DNA from: Candidatus Eiseniibacteriota bacterium
Lineage (GTDB): Bacteria; Eisenbacteria; RBG-16-71-46
Assembly: GCA_963725865.1 (NCBI GenBank)
Contig: CAVSAC010000014.1
Coordinates: 1-64,000 of the forward strand
DNA: 64,000 nt
Reading direction: 5' to 3'
The position numbers and the translations under genes were made by a program. Below are positions 21,118 to 31,604 of this stretch, piece after piece. Under the pieces are notes generated by a model, which saw only the letters and a program-made list of their open reading frames with translations, was not told the DNA's origin and did no database searches. Position 1 is the first letter of the stretch, and each line of letters begins with the position of its first letter.

Positions 21118-21831
21118 AGGGAAATCTTCCCGCCGGCGCCGGGCAAAGGCGCGGGCGACACTTCGGAAAATGGAAGGGATCAGCTGCGGATATCTGGAAG
21201 TGGGTGTCCAAAGACCATTGCCATCGGGCCGGGGAAGCGAAGCATGATTGAAGATAGATAACGCGTTCCTCGCGGACGCAGTGTGTGATCCCTGCTTGTG
21301 GCAGCCCTGGAGTTCGGGAGCGCATCGCCGGAACGACACTCATGCGGCTCGCCGGCACCGCGCCGCCTTGGCAGCGCAGCGGGCTACGCGTGACTGCCGG
21401 CCAAGCGTTCACGTCTTCGCGGATGGCAGGATTCAGTAGTCTCCACGCGAGGCTGGGCTGTATGGCGGCCCGCGTTTTCATCCGTGGGCGCGTGTTGCGC
21501 CGGGCGGACGCATCGTCAACTATCAGTCCGTCATCAATCAGAAGGCGGAGGCCGATCCTTCCGCCCAGATGGTTTGGATTGCGATACGCGGCGGACCGCT
21601 CGGTGAGGCCTCCGAACCAGGTGCGCCGGGAGGGTTTCCCGACTCCGGGGGATGAGTTCTCACTGTCTGAATCCTGTCGGTCTTAGGTACGCTTATTCTG
21701 CTGAGCTTTACTTGTGACGTTTACTTCAGCAACCTCCCAGATTCGAGGCCGGCGGCCGCCGGCCTCTCTTTTTTTGGTGCGACCCTCAATTCGCTGCAGT
21801 CCGCTGGACCGCAGGGCGGGAAAACCTCCCG
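21118..21831. promoter_or_regulatory. Three GGGA-N5-TCCCG sites in a long divergent intergenic region
   Basis: AGGGA aatct TCCCG 21118-21132; CGGGA gggtt TCCCG 21627-21641; CGGGA aaacc TCCCG 21817-21831. Confidence 0.6.
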
Positions 21832-22084
21832 AGTATCGGATGGCAGCCCTCCCGTGCAGTGCTGCCACCCCTAACGTATCGTTCGCACGGTGTCTCTCTC
21901 GGGGGCACAATCTTTCATAAGGCCCTCTCACAAGGTCCTTTGGTCGGCCGGGCCCTTGGCGGGTTCGGCCGTTTTTTCGCACTGTCGGCCGCGACGGCTC
22001 TGGTAACATCGGCAGCCTTGGCGTTAACCGAGCTCCTCCCGCCCCCGCGGGATGGGGCGCCGGGCCTGCCAAAGGGGGCCGGAG

Positions 22085-22975
22085 ATGGGAGAGGAAACCG
22101 GGTTCGTAGGTCTCGGACTCATGGGCGAGCCAATGGCGACCAACCTGGTCAAAGCCGGGTTCAAGGTCGCCGTCTACAACCGGACTCCCGAACGCGCTCG
22201 GCGCGTGGCCGAACTCGGGGCAAGGGTGGCGGGCCGTCCCTTCGATGCTGCCGAGGCAGGTGGCGTCGTTGTGACGATGGTCGCCGACGATAGGGCTCTC
22301 GAGCAACTGACAACGGGCGCGGACGGCTTCGGAGAGCGGTTAGGGCCAGGCGGCATCCACCTGTCGATGTCGACGATCTCGCCCGAGACCTCCAAGCGGC
22401 TGGCGGCCTGGCATGCAGCGCGTGGCAGTCAGTACGTGGCAGCGCCGGTGTTCGGCCGCCCACCCGCTGCTGCGGCTGCGAAGATGTGGATCGCGCAGTC
22501 CGGGCCGCAGGCGGCCAAGGAGCGCGTGCGTCCACTACTATCGGCCATGGGGCAGGGGCTGTTCGACTTCGGTGAGGAACCCGGCGCCGCCAACGTGGTC
22601 AAGCTCGCCGGAAACTTTCTCATCGGATGTGTCATCGAGGGCCTCGCCGAAGCGCAAACGATGGCGCAGAAGAACGGCGTGGAGCGCAAGGCCTTGTCGG
22701 ACTTTCTGACCCAGACGATCTTCGGGTGCGGGGTATACCAGAACTACAGCCCGGTCATCGCCGCCGGGCATTGCGATCAGATCGGGTTCTTGTTGCGCCT
22801 GGGGCTGAAGGACATGAGGCTCGTGCTGGATACGGCGGACCGCAGCAACACGCCCATGCCGTTCGCGGGCATCTTGCGTGATCGGTTCGTGTCCGCTGTC
22901 GCCAAGGGGCGCGGTGACTCGGATTGGACCGCCATTGGGCTCGGCGTCTCCGAGGATGCGGGGCTCGACCCTTAG
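22085..22975 (+). CDS. NAD(P)-dependent beta-hydroxyacid dehydrogenase family oxidoreductase
   Basis: GFVGLGLMG, YNRT, HLSMSTISP, APVFGRP, ANVVKLAGN, LGLKDMRL. Confidence 0.92.
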   Translation: MGEETGFVGLGLMGEPMATNLVKAGFKVAVYNRTPERARRVAELGARVAGRPFDAAEAGGVVVTMVADDRALEQLTTGADGFGERLGPGGIHLSMSTISPETSKRLAAWHAARGSQYVAAPVFGRPPAAAAAKMWIAQSGPQAAKERVRPLLSAMGQGLFDFGEEPGAANVVKLAGNFLIGCVIEGLAEAQTMAQKNGVERKALSDFLTQTIFGCGVYQNYSPVIAAGHCDQIGFLLRLGLKDMRLVLDTADRSNTPMPFAGILRDRFVSAVAKGRGDSDWTAIGLGVSEDAGLDP

Positions 22976-23073
22976 CGCCTCTCTACGGCACTCGCGACCT
23001 GTTGTGCCTTTGCTGACCCGGGATGGGCAGGGATGCGGGCTGGGGAGATGATTCCGAGCGAAAGGGATGTTGC

Positions 23074-23772
23074 ATGAAACCGATGGAGTCCGAGTTCCAC
23101 TCGCGCAGGAGGTTCATGCGGGCCGCTGCTGCGGCAGCGCTGGTGCCGGGCGGTATCGGGTGGCTGGCGAGCGAGGTGTTGGCGCAGGGCAAGGCCGTGG
23201 ACGAGGGTATCCGCAGGTTCCGAGGGGAAGTCCTCGTCAACGGCCAGCCGGTCAAGCGCGGCAGCATCGTCAAGCCTGGCGACACCGTGACGACCGGGCC
23301 CAATAGCTATGCTACCTTCGTGGTCGGCCAGGACGCCTTTCTCGTGCGTGGCAACACGAAGCTCGAGCTCGGTGGGCTTGCGGGCATAGTCAACCTAGCG
23401 CGCGTCATAACGGGGAAGCTGTTGTCCGTCTATGCAAAGGGTACGCCCCGGGAAATCCAAGGCGTCACCGCGACCATCGGCATCCGGGGCACGGGCGCGT
23501 ACATCGAGTCGAGCGCGGACCGTACGTATTTCTGCTTGTGTTACGGCGAGGCCGAGATCGTGCCTATCGTCAAGCCCGAGGCAAAGGAAACGGTGCGGAC
23601 CACCCACCACGAGCAGCCCCGCTTCATTTTTGGCAAGGGCGCCGACAAAGTCATGGAGAGGGCGCCCGTGATCGACCACAAAGACGCCGAATTGATCTTG
23701 CTCGAGTCCCTGGTCGGGCGTGTACCGCCGTTCGTCGAGATGGACGAGTACAGGTCCGGAGTGCGGTACTAG
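23074..23772 (+). CDS. Tat-exported FecR-domain protein
   Basis: SRRRFMR twin-arginine signal; GDTVTTG, TATIGIRGTG, YFCLCYG, THHEQP. Confidence 0.8.
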   Translation: MKPMESEFHSRRRFMRAAAAAALVPGGIGWLASEVLAQGKAVDEGIRRFRGEVLVNGQPVKRGSIVKPGDTVTTGPNSYATFVVGQDAFLVRGNTKLELGGLAGIVNLARVITGKLLSVYAKGTPREIQGVTATIGIRGTGAYIESSADRTYFCLCYGEAEIVPIVKPEAKETVRTTHHEQPRFIFGKGADKVMERAPVIDHKDAELILLESLVGRVPPFVEMDEYRSGVRY

Positions 23773-24174
23773 GACCGCAATCCAGCCGGCGTTGGGATTT
23801 CGACATGCACCGTAAACGCCTGCGCCTGTCGCACTCTCATGTGATAATCGTCCAATCCGAGGCCGAGCCCGCGTTTCTCGTATGGGTATCCCGTCCGGGG
23901 CCGCCGCGTGAGAAGTGCGGACCAGAAGAGCTTGCATCCCCACCGCCTCGACGGCAGGAGGTGGGAATGCGCCTCGGGCGCCACGGGAAGGAGAGAGGTT
24001 GAACCAAGGTTTCAGTGCCAGGTCGGCTCGCCGGAGCGGGGGTTTCGATCGTGTTGCGGACGAAGACCTCGCGCAGGTCGCGCAAGCGCCCAACTTGTCG
24101 GGCTTGTATGGAGGCGTCGAGCCCGTGCAGCCCGCACTACTTCATCCCGGCCACCGGTGGGGAGTCGTCGCCGC

Positions 24175-25590
24175 ATGAGCCTCACCCGCACGCTCGTGCT
24201 GAACGTCGTCGGGCTCACCCCGGCCTTGCTCGCAGCACGCGCCGAATCTGAACCGGCTCGCGCGCAGCGGCGGCATGCGGCCGCTGACCACCGTCACGCC
24301 CGGCGGTCACGACCACCGTGCAGTCCACGTTCGTGACCGGGGCGCTGCCGCGCGAGCACGGCATCGTCGCCAACGGCTGGTATTTCCGCGATCTCTCGGA
24401 GGTCTGGCTGTGGCGCCAGTCGAACCGCCTGGTGCGGCGGCGAGAAGATCTGGGATGCGGCGCGGCGCCGCGATCCCGCGTTCACCTGCGCCAAGCTGTT
24501 CTGGTGGTACAACATGTATTCGACCGCGGACATCGCGGTGACGCCGCGGCCGATGTATCCGGCCGACGGGCGCAAGCTGCCCGACATCTACACCAACCCG
24601 GCCGAGCTGCGCGACGAGCTGCAGCAGCGGCTCGGGCCAGTTCCCGCTGTTCCGCTTCTGGGGACCGGCCGCCGACATCGTCTCCAGCCACTGGATCGGC
24701 CGCTGCGCGCTGGACGTGTTCGAGCGCCAGCGGCCCGACGCTGACGCTGGTCTACCTGCCGCATCTCGACTACAACCTGCAGCGGCTCGGGCCCGGACCA
24801 TCCGCGCATCGCGCAGGACGTGGCCGAGGTCGACGAGGTCTGCGGCGAGCTGATCGAGGCGGCGCAGCGCGCCGGCGCGCGCGTGATCGTGCTCTCCGAG
24901 TACGGCATCACGCCGGTCTCGAAGCCGGTGCACATCAACCGCGCGCTGCGCCAGGCCGGCTACATCCAGGTGCGCGAGGAGCTCGGCCGCGAGCTGCTCG
25001 ATGCCGGCGCATCGCGCGCGTTCGCGGTCGCCGATCACCAGATCGCGCACGTCTACGTCGCCGAGCCAGCGCTGGTTCCGCGAGGTCAAGGCGCTGCTCG
25101 AAGCGCTGCCCGGCGTCGAGCGCGTGCTCGACGAGACGGCAAGCGCGCAGTGCCGGGCTCGATCATCCGCGCTCCGGCGAGCTGGTCGCGATCTCGCGCG
25201 CCGACAGCTGGTTCACCTACTACTACTGGCTCGACGACGCGCGCGCGCCCGACTTCGCGCGCACCGTCGACATCCATCGCAAGCCCGGCTACGACCCGGT
25301 CGAGCTGTTCCTCGACCCGCAGCTGCCGCTCGCCAAGGCGCGCATCGCCTGGCGGCTGGCGCAGAAGATCCTCGGCTTCCGCTACCTGATGGACGTGATC
25401 TCGCTCGACGCGACGCTGGTGAAGGGCTCGCACGGCCGGCCGACCGACCGCCCCGAGGACGGGCCGCTCTTCATCAGCTCCGAGCCCGGGTCGCTGGCGG
25501 AGGGGCCGGTCGCCGGCGACCGCCGTCAAGGATCTGATTCTCGATCACGTGTTCGCTTCCGGCGCGCAGCCGGCCAGGAGGGCGGCATGA
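24175..25590 (+). CDS. eboF: EboF alkaline phosphatase/nucleotide pyrophosphatase family protein (many frameshifts)
   Basis: [81 protein letters not shown]. Confidence 0.87.
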
Positions 25591-26456
25591 GCCCCGCGCG
25601 ACTTGCTGGACCGCTGGCTCGCGCGCCAGCTGCCCGCCGAGGCCACGGCCTGGCTGGAGAAGTCGGCGGCGCAGCTGCAGATCCTCCGGCACAGGACAGC
25701 GATCTGTACATGGCCGTCAGCCTGGTGACGCGCAAGATCGGCAAGGCCGACCTGCGCCTGAGCGATGCGGATCTGCGCGACGCGAACGCCGCGCGCGGCC
25801 GGGCTGGGACCCGCGCGGCTGGAGCGCCGACCAGGCCGCGCGCGTGCTGCTGGTTCTGGCGCTGGAGGGCGATCCCGCCGCGCCTCGCCCGCTGCCTCGA
25901 TCAGCTCTGCAACACGGCCGACGTGAGCGAGCTGGCGGCGTTCTATCGCGGCCTGCCGCTGTATCCGGATCCAGCCGCGCTACGTGGCGCGCGCGACCGA
26001 AGGCCTGCGCACGAACATGAAGAACGTGTTCGAAGCCGATCGCGCATCGCAATCCGTATCCGAGCGAGCAGTTTCCGGAAGCGGCGTGGAACCAGATGGT
26101 GCTCAAGGCGCTGTTCGTGGGCAGCGCGCTGTGGCCGATCGTCGGGACTCGACCGGCGCGGCCAACCCCGCGCTCGCGCGCATGCTGTGCGACTATGCGC
26201 ACGAGCGCTGGGCCGCCGGCCGGCCGGTGAGCCCCGAGCTGTGGCGCTGCGTCGGCCCGCATGCCACCGGCGCGATGCTGCAGGACCTGGAGCGCGTGCT
26301 GAAGAAGGGAACCGAGCCGGAGCGCAAAGCGGCGGCGCTGTCGCTGCGCGGTTCGCCCGATCCGGCTGCCGCGCGCTGCTGAGCGCGATCCGGTGCTCGT
26401 CGGCGAGCGAGCCGCGGGAGCTTGACCTGGGAGCGGCTCGTGCAGCGCGGGCCTGA
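25587..26456 (+). CDS. eboA: EboA family protein (frameshifts)
   Basis: ATGA overlap with ebo[53 protein letters not shown]. Confidence 0.87.
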   Translation: MSPARLAGPLARAPAARRGHGLAGEVGGAAADPPAQDSDLYMAVSLVTRKIGKADLRLSDADLRDANAARGRAGTRAAGAPTRPRACCWFWRWRAIPPRLARCLDQLCNTADVSELAAFYRGLPLYPDPAALRGARDRRPAHEHEERVRSRSRIAIRIRASSFRKRRGTRWCSRRCSWAARCGRSSGLDRRGQPRARAHAVRLCARALGRRPAGEPRAVALRRPACHRRDAAGPGARAEEGNRAGAQSGGAVAARFARSGCRALLSAIRCSSASEPRELDLGAARAARA

Positions 26457-26490
26457 GCGACGGACGCAACGATTCGCATGGAGGAGAACG

Positions 26491-27416
26491 ATGCAATTCA
26501 TCGACCCGCACATTCACATGAGCGCGCGCACCACCGACGACTACGAGCGCATGGCCGCGGCGGGCATCGTCGCGGTCATCGAGCCGGCGTTCTGGCTCGG
26601 CCAGCCGCGCACCAACGCCGGCAGCTACCTCGACTATCTGTCCAGCCTGGTCGGCTGGGAGCGCTTCCGCGCCGCGCAGTTCGGCATCCGCCACTACTGC
26701 GCCATCGGGCTCAACGCCAAGGAGGCGAACAACGAGGCGCTGGCCGAGGAGGTGATCGAGCTGCTGCCGCGCTACCTGCTGAAGGAAGGCGTGGTGGCGC
26801 TGGGCGAGATCGGCTTCGACGACCAGACCGCCAGCGAGGAGAAGTACTACCGCGCCCAGCTCGAGATGGCCAAGGAGCTCGACATGGTCGTGATGGTGCA
26901 TACGCCGCACCGCGACAAGAAGACCGGCACCATCCGCAGCATGGAGATCGCGCTGGAGCACGGCATCAAGCCCGAGCGCGTGATCATCGACCACAACAAC
27001 GAAGAGACGGTCGAGGACGTGCTCGAGCGCGGCTTCTGGGCCGCGTTCACGCTCTATCCGCACACCAAGATGGGCAACGAGCGCATGGTGGAGATCGCGC
27101 GGCGCTACGGCTCCGAGCGCATCTTCATCGACTCGAGCTCCGACTGGGGCGTGTCCGATCCGCTGGCCGTGCCGAAGACCGCGCAGCTCATGCTCGAGCG
27201 CGGGATCAAGGCCGAGGACGTCGAACGATCGCCTACGGCAACGCGCTCGCGGCGTACGGTCAGACCGGCCAGATGAAAGAGGAGGACTGGCTCGACCCCG
27301 CGCCGATCGACCAGCGCACGCTGTTCGAGGGCAACTCCGTGCTGCGCGGGCAACAGCCGCGCGTGGGCGAGACGCCGCAGACGCCTGGGCGGTTCGAGGA
27401 TGTGGTATTCAAGTAA
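26491..27416 (+). CDS. eboB: EboB TatD-family hydrolase (frameshift near 27225)
   Basis: FIDPHIHMSARTTDDY, EPAFWLGQPRT, GWERFRA, GEIG, HTPHRDK, DHNNE, DWGVSDPLAVPKT, GNSVLRG. Confidence 0.9.
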
Positions 27417-27502
27417 GCGGTGCGACTGAGCAGTGTGACCGAGCGTTGACTGGCGAGGTCTGGCTGCCGGGTATCGAATCGACTCCAGGCAGACACCGAT
27501 CA

Positions 27503-27656
27503 CCCCCTCTCCCCTGGTGGGAGAGGGCGGGGAGGGGGAGAGCCGGTGAGGCTGGAGAGGGGCAGAGCACACTCCTCGCTGCTAAAGTCCACCAGACCGC
27601 GTGAATCGTCAAACCACAACTACTACAACGAGCGTAGGGGCATTGCATAACGCCCC
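27503..27656. repeat. REP-like palindromes between eboB and eboD
   Basis: ccctctccc-ctggt-gggagaggg (27505-27527) and GTAG-headed gtaggggcattgcataacgcccc (27634-27656). Confidence 0.5.
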
Positions 27657-27684
27657 GGATATCCTGGCGCGAACAGACACAACC

Positions 27685-28915
27685 ATGAAACCGACCACAA
27701 CTGCCACAGCTGGAGCCAACATCGAACCCGGCGAGTTCGGCGCGGTGTACCACCAGCGCTTCGCGGTGGAGTACGACTATCCGGTCCACTTCACGCAGGA
27801 CCTGTTCGCGCGCGACAATCCGGTGTTCGTCTCCGCGCTTGCGCGCAAGGAACCCAACAAGCGCCATCGCTTCGTCGTCTTCATCGATGCCGACGTGGCG
27901 GCGAGCTGGCCCGCCCTGGCGCACGACATCGCTGCCTACGCCGAGCATCACGCCGACGCGCCTGCAGCTGCTCGCGCTCCGCCGAGATCATCGTCGGCGG
28001 CGAGCAGGTCAAGCACGACCCCGAGCTGGTGACCCGCCTGCAGCACCGCCTGCTCGAGCTCGGCGTCGACCGCCACTGCCTACGTCGTCGCCGTCGGCGG
28101 CGGCGCGTTCCTCGACATGGTCGGCTTCGTCGCGGCGACCACGCATCGCGGCGTGCGCCACGTGCGCGTGCCGACCACGGTGCTGGCGCAGAACGATTCG
28201 GGCGTCGGCGTGAAGAACGGCGTCAACGCGTTCGGCGTCAAGAACTTCGTCGGCACGTTCGCGCCGCCGTTCGCGGTGCTCAACGACGCGAACTTCCTGC
28301 GCACGCTGCACCCGCGCGATCGCATCGCCGGCATGGCCGAGGCGGTCAAGGTCGCGCTGATCCGCGACGCGCGTGTTCTTCGAGTGGCTCGAGTCGCAGG
28401 TCGAGGCGCTGCGCGCCTGCGCGCCGCGAGGCGATGGCGCGCATGATCCGGCGCTGCGCCGAGCTGCACATGCGCCAGATCGCGCACGGCGGCGATCCGT
28501 TCGAGACCGGCAGCGCGCGGCCGCTCGACTACGGTCACTGGTCGGCGCACAAGCTCGAAGCGCTGACCGCTCACGAGCTGCGCCACGGCGAGGCGGTGGC
28601 GATCGGCCTCGCGCTCGACAGCCGCTACTCGGTGCAGATCGGCATGCTCGCCGCCGGGCGAGGAAGAGCGCATCTTCCGCGCTGCTCAAGCGCCTCGGCT
28701 TCTACCTGTGGCATCCCGGCGCTGGAGCGGCGCGGCGCGACGGGCGCTGGCTGGTCCTCGACGGGCTTGCGCGAGTTCCGCGAGCATCTCGGCGGCGAGC
28801 TGACCATCACGCTGCTGCGCGAGATCGGCCGGGGCGAAGAAGTGCACGTCATGGACGAGGACGAGATCCTGCGGGCCATCGCGCTGGCTGCGTCAGCCGC
28901 GAGGCCGCGCAATGA
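27685..28915 (+). CDS. eboD: EboD-type sugar-phosphate cyclase, copy 2 (frameshifts)
   Basis: Same motifs as 8581-9831, with long near-identical nucleotide stretches. Confidence 0.88.
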
Positions 28916-30155
28916 ATCTTCGCAGCGGCGGCGAGCTTCGCTCGGCGCTTGCCACCTCACCTATTGCAGCAACATCCACCCGGGCGAGACCTGGGCCGAG
29001 GTGCGTGCGCAACCTCGGGCGCTACGTGCCGGCGGTGCGCGGCACGGCTGGCGCTCGACCGGCCGTTCGGAATCGGCCTGCGCTTGTCGGCGCGAGGCGG
29101 CGCAGGCGCTCGCGCAACCCGAAGCGATGCGCGAGCTCAAGGACTTTCTGGCGCGCGAGCAGCTCTACGTCTTCACGCTCAACGGCTTTCCCTACGGCAC
29201 GTTCCACGGCACGCGCGTCAAGGAAGACGTCTACCTGCCCGACTGGCGCGACGAGCAAGCGCCTGCAGTACACCGACCAGCTCGCCGACCTGCTGGCCGA
29301 GCTGCTGCCGGATCGAGAGCGGCTCGATCGGCAGCGTCAGCACCGTGCCGGGCGCGTTCAAGCCGAACGCGCGCACGCCCGAGGCCGTCGCAGCGCATGG
29401 TCGACACTGATGGTGCGCCACGCCGCCCACCTGGTGCAGTTGCGGGCGCGCACCGGCAAGCACATCACGCTCGGCGCTCGAGCCCGAGCCGTGCTGCTTC
29501 CTCGAGACGGTCGAGGAGAGCGTGGCGTTCTTCCGCGATCACCTGTTCGCCGACGCCGGCGGTCGCAGCGACTGTGCGAGCTCACCGGGCTCGACGCAGC
29601 GCAGCAGCGCAGCAGGCGCTGCGCGATCACCTGGGGCTGTGCCTCGATCTGTGCCATGCGGCGGTCGAGTTCGAGGATCCCGCAGGGCTGTCGTCGCGCA
29701 GCTCGCAGCAGGCGGGCATCGGCGTGTACAAGCTGCAGATCAGCGCAGGGCTGCGGCTGCCCGAGCTGTCGGCGGCTGCGCTCGCCGGCGTGCGCCAGTT
29801 CGACGACCCGGTGTATCTGCATCAGGTGGTCGAATCGGGGCCCGGCGGGCTGGTCCGCTACGTCGACCTGCCCGAGGCGCTGCGCGCGCCGGCAAGGGCG
29901 CGCGCTGGACGGAGGGAGTGGCGCGTGCACTGCCACGTGCCGATCTTCCTCGACGACCTGGGTGCGTTCTCGTCGACCCAGGCGTTCATCCGCGAGATGC
30001 TGCAGGCTGCATCGCGCCGAGCCCATCTCGACGCATCTCGAGGTCGAGACCTACACCTGGAACGTGCTGCCGCCGCACGCTGCGCACCGGACGACATGGA
30101 TCAGCGCCATCGCGCGCGAGCTGGCCTGGGTGCGCGAAGAGCTGGACGGCGCTGA
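28912..30155 (+). CDS. eboE: EboE, copy 2 (many frameshifts)
   Basis: [63 protein letters not shown]. Confidence 0.88.
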
Positions 30156-30159
30156 GACG

Positions 30160-31053
30160 GTGCAGTTGACCGCGGCGGTGTCGGTCGCCGTCAAGCTCGG
30201 GCGCATCTCCAACCTGCCCACGGTCTGGACCAACACGCTGGTCGGCGTGACGCTGGCCGGGCGGCTCGCTGACTCGACCCGCGCGTGCCGCTGCTGCTCG
30301 TGGCCTTGTCGCTCTTCTACGTGGGCGGCATGTACCTGAACGATGCCTTCGACCGCGAGTTCGACGCGCGCTCGCGTCCCGACCGCCCGATCCCCGCGGG
30401 TCAGGTCAGCGCGTGCGACGGTATTCGCTGCCGGCTTCGGCATGCTCGGCGCCGGGCTGGTCCTGCTGGCGATCGCTGGGTTCGGCTTCCCTGGACGGCA
30501 CCGGCTGGCGGCGCCGTGCTGTCCGGCGCCGCGCTAGGCGCGGCGATCGTGCTCGTACAACGCGTACCACAAGAACAACCCGCTGAGCCCGGTGCTGATG
30601 GGCACTGTGCCGGGTGCTGGTCTACGTCACCGCCGCGACGGCGATCGTCGCTGATCGCCCGACGCGAACCTGCTGCTCGCTGCGCTCGTGCTGCTGAGCT
30701 ATCTGATCGGGCTGACCTACACCGCCAAGCGCGAGCACCTCAACGAGCTGGGCAGCCTGTGGCCGCTGGCCGCGCTTGCCGTACCGGTCGGCTTCGGCGT
30801 CTCTCTGGCGCTGGACGTGCCGCTCGTGTGGCCCTTCCTGCTGCTGTTCGCCGGCTGGATCCTGTACGCGCTGTGGCTGCTGCGGCGCCGCGCGCGGGGC
30901 GATGTGCCGCGCGCCGTGGTCAGCCTCATCGCCGGCATCTCGCTGCTCGACGCGGTGATCCTCGCCGGAGCAGCCGCATGGCCGCTAGGTGTGACGGCAG
31001 TGGCCGCTTTCGCGCTGACCCTGGCGATGCAGCGCTGGGTCGCGGGGACCTGA
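30160..31053 (+). CDS. eboC: EboC-type UbiA-family prenyltransferase (frameshifts)
   Basis: KLGRISNLPTVWTN, YVGGMYLNDAFDREFDARSRPDRPIPAG, YNAYHK, LIAGISLLDA; multiple TM helices. Confidence 0.88.
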
Positions 31054-31101
31054 GTACAACCAACGAGTGCGTTAATAACTATAAGAGCTTTGAGGAGGCG
31101 G

Positions 31102-31539
31102 ATGGGATATCGAATTGCAACTGTTGGGATGTTGTTGGCCATGGTACTGCCGATGACCATGGCGCCGATGATGACCGTAGCACAAACCGCCCCCGAGACC
31201 GGCAAGGAAATTTTCGAACAGATGTGCGCCGGATGCCACGGCACCTATGGTAACGGCCAGGAAGGGACGAAGAGCGGGTTCGTGCCCCGTATCGGCACGC
31301 TCGCCAACAAGGAATACATGGCTTCGGTGCCGGACGACTATCTCAAGATGATCATCAAGAAGGGCGGCGCCTACATGGGCAAGATCGCGGCCATGCCCGC
31401 CTGGGAGCACAAATTCAACGACGAGCAGGTCGCCGACCTCGTCGCCCATATCCGCACGTTCACGGGAACGGCGGAAAAAAAATACGGGATAAGAAAGATC
31501 CGGCCGGTCGAACGGCCAGGGTATGCAGGTACGTCGTAA
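31102..31539 (+). CDS. Monoheme cytochrome c
   Basis: RBS gaggagg; signal peptide; GKEIFEQMCAGCHG; AMPAWEHKF. Confidence 0.9.
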   Translation: MGYRIATVGMLLAMVLPMTMAPMMTVAQTAPETGKEIFEQMCAGCHGTYGNGQEGTKSGFVPRIGTLANKEYMASVPDDYLKMIIKKGGAYMGKIAAMPAWEHKFNDEQVADLVAHIRTFTGTAEKKYGIRKIRPVERPGYAGTS

Positions 31540-31604
31540 CGCAGTTGAAGTGGAATTCTGACGAAGCAAGTGCAGTGGAATTCTAACCAGGAGGAGGAGA
31601 AGAA

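Noticed and set aside
23780..24170. Possible gene remnant before eboF
   Set aside because: No recognisable family in any frame.
30100..30260. Apparent in-frame EboE-EboC fusion
   Set aside because: The region is very indel-rich, a TGA lies at 30153 in a neighbouring frame, and copy 1 has a normal stop; likely an artefact.
31549..31584. Direct repeat agtggaattct (25-bp period) before the propeller gene
   Set aside because: Only two short copies, not noticed elsewhere; no function supportable.
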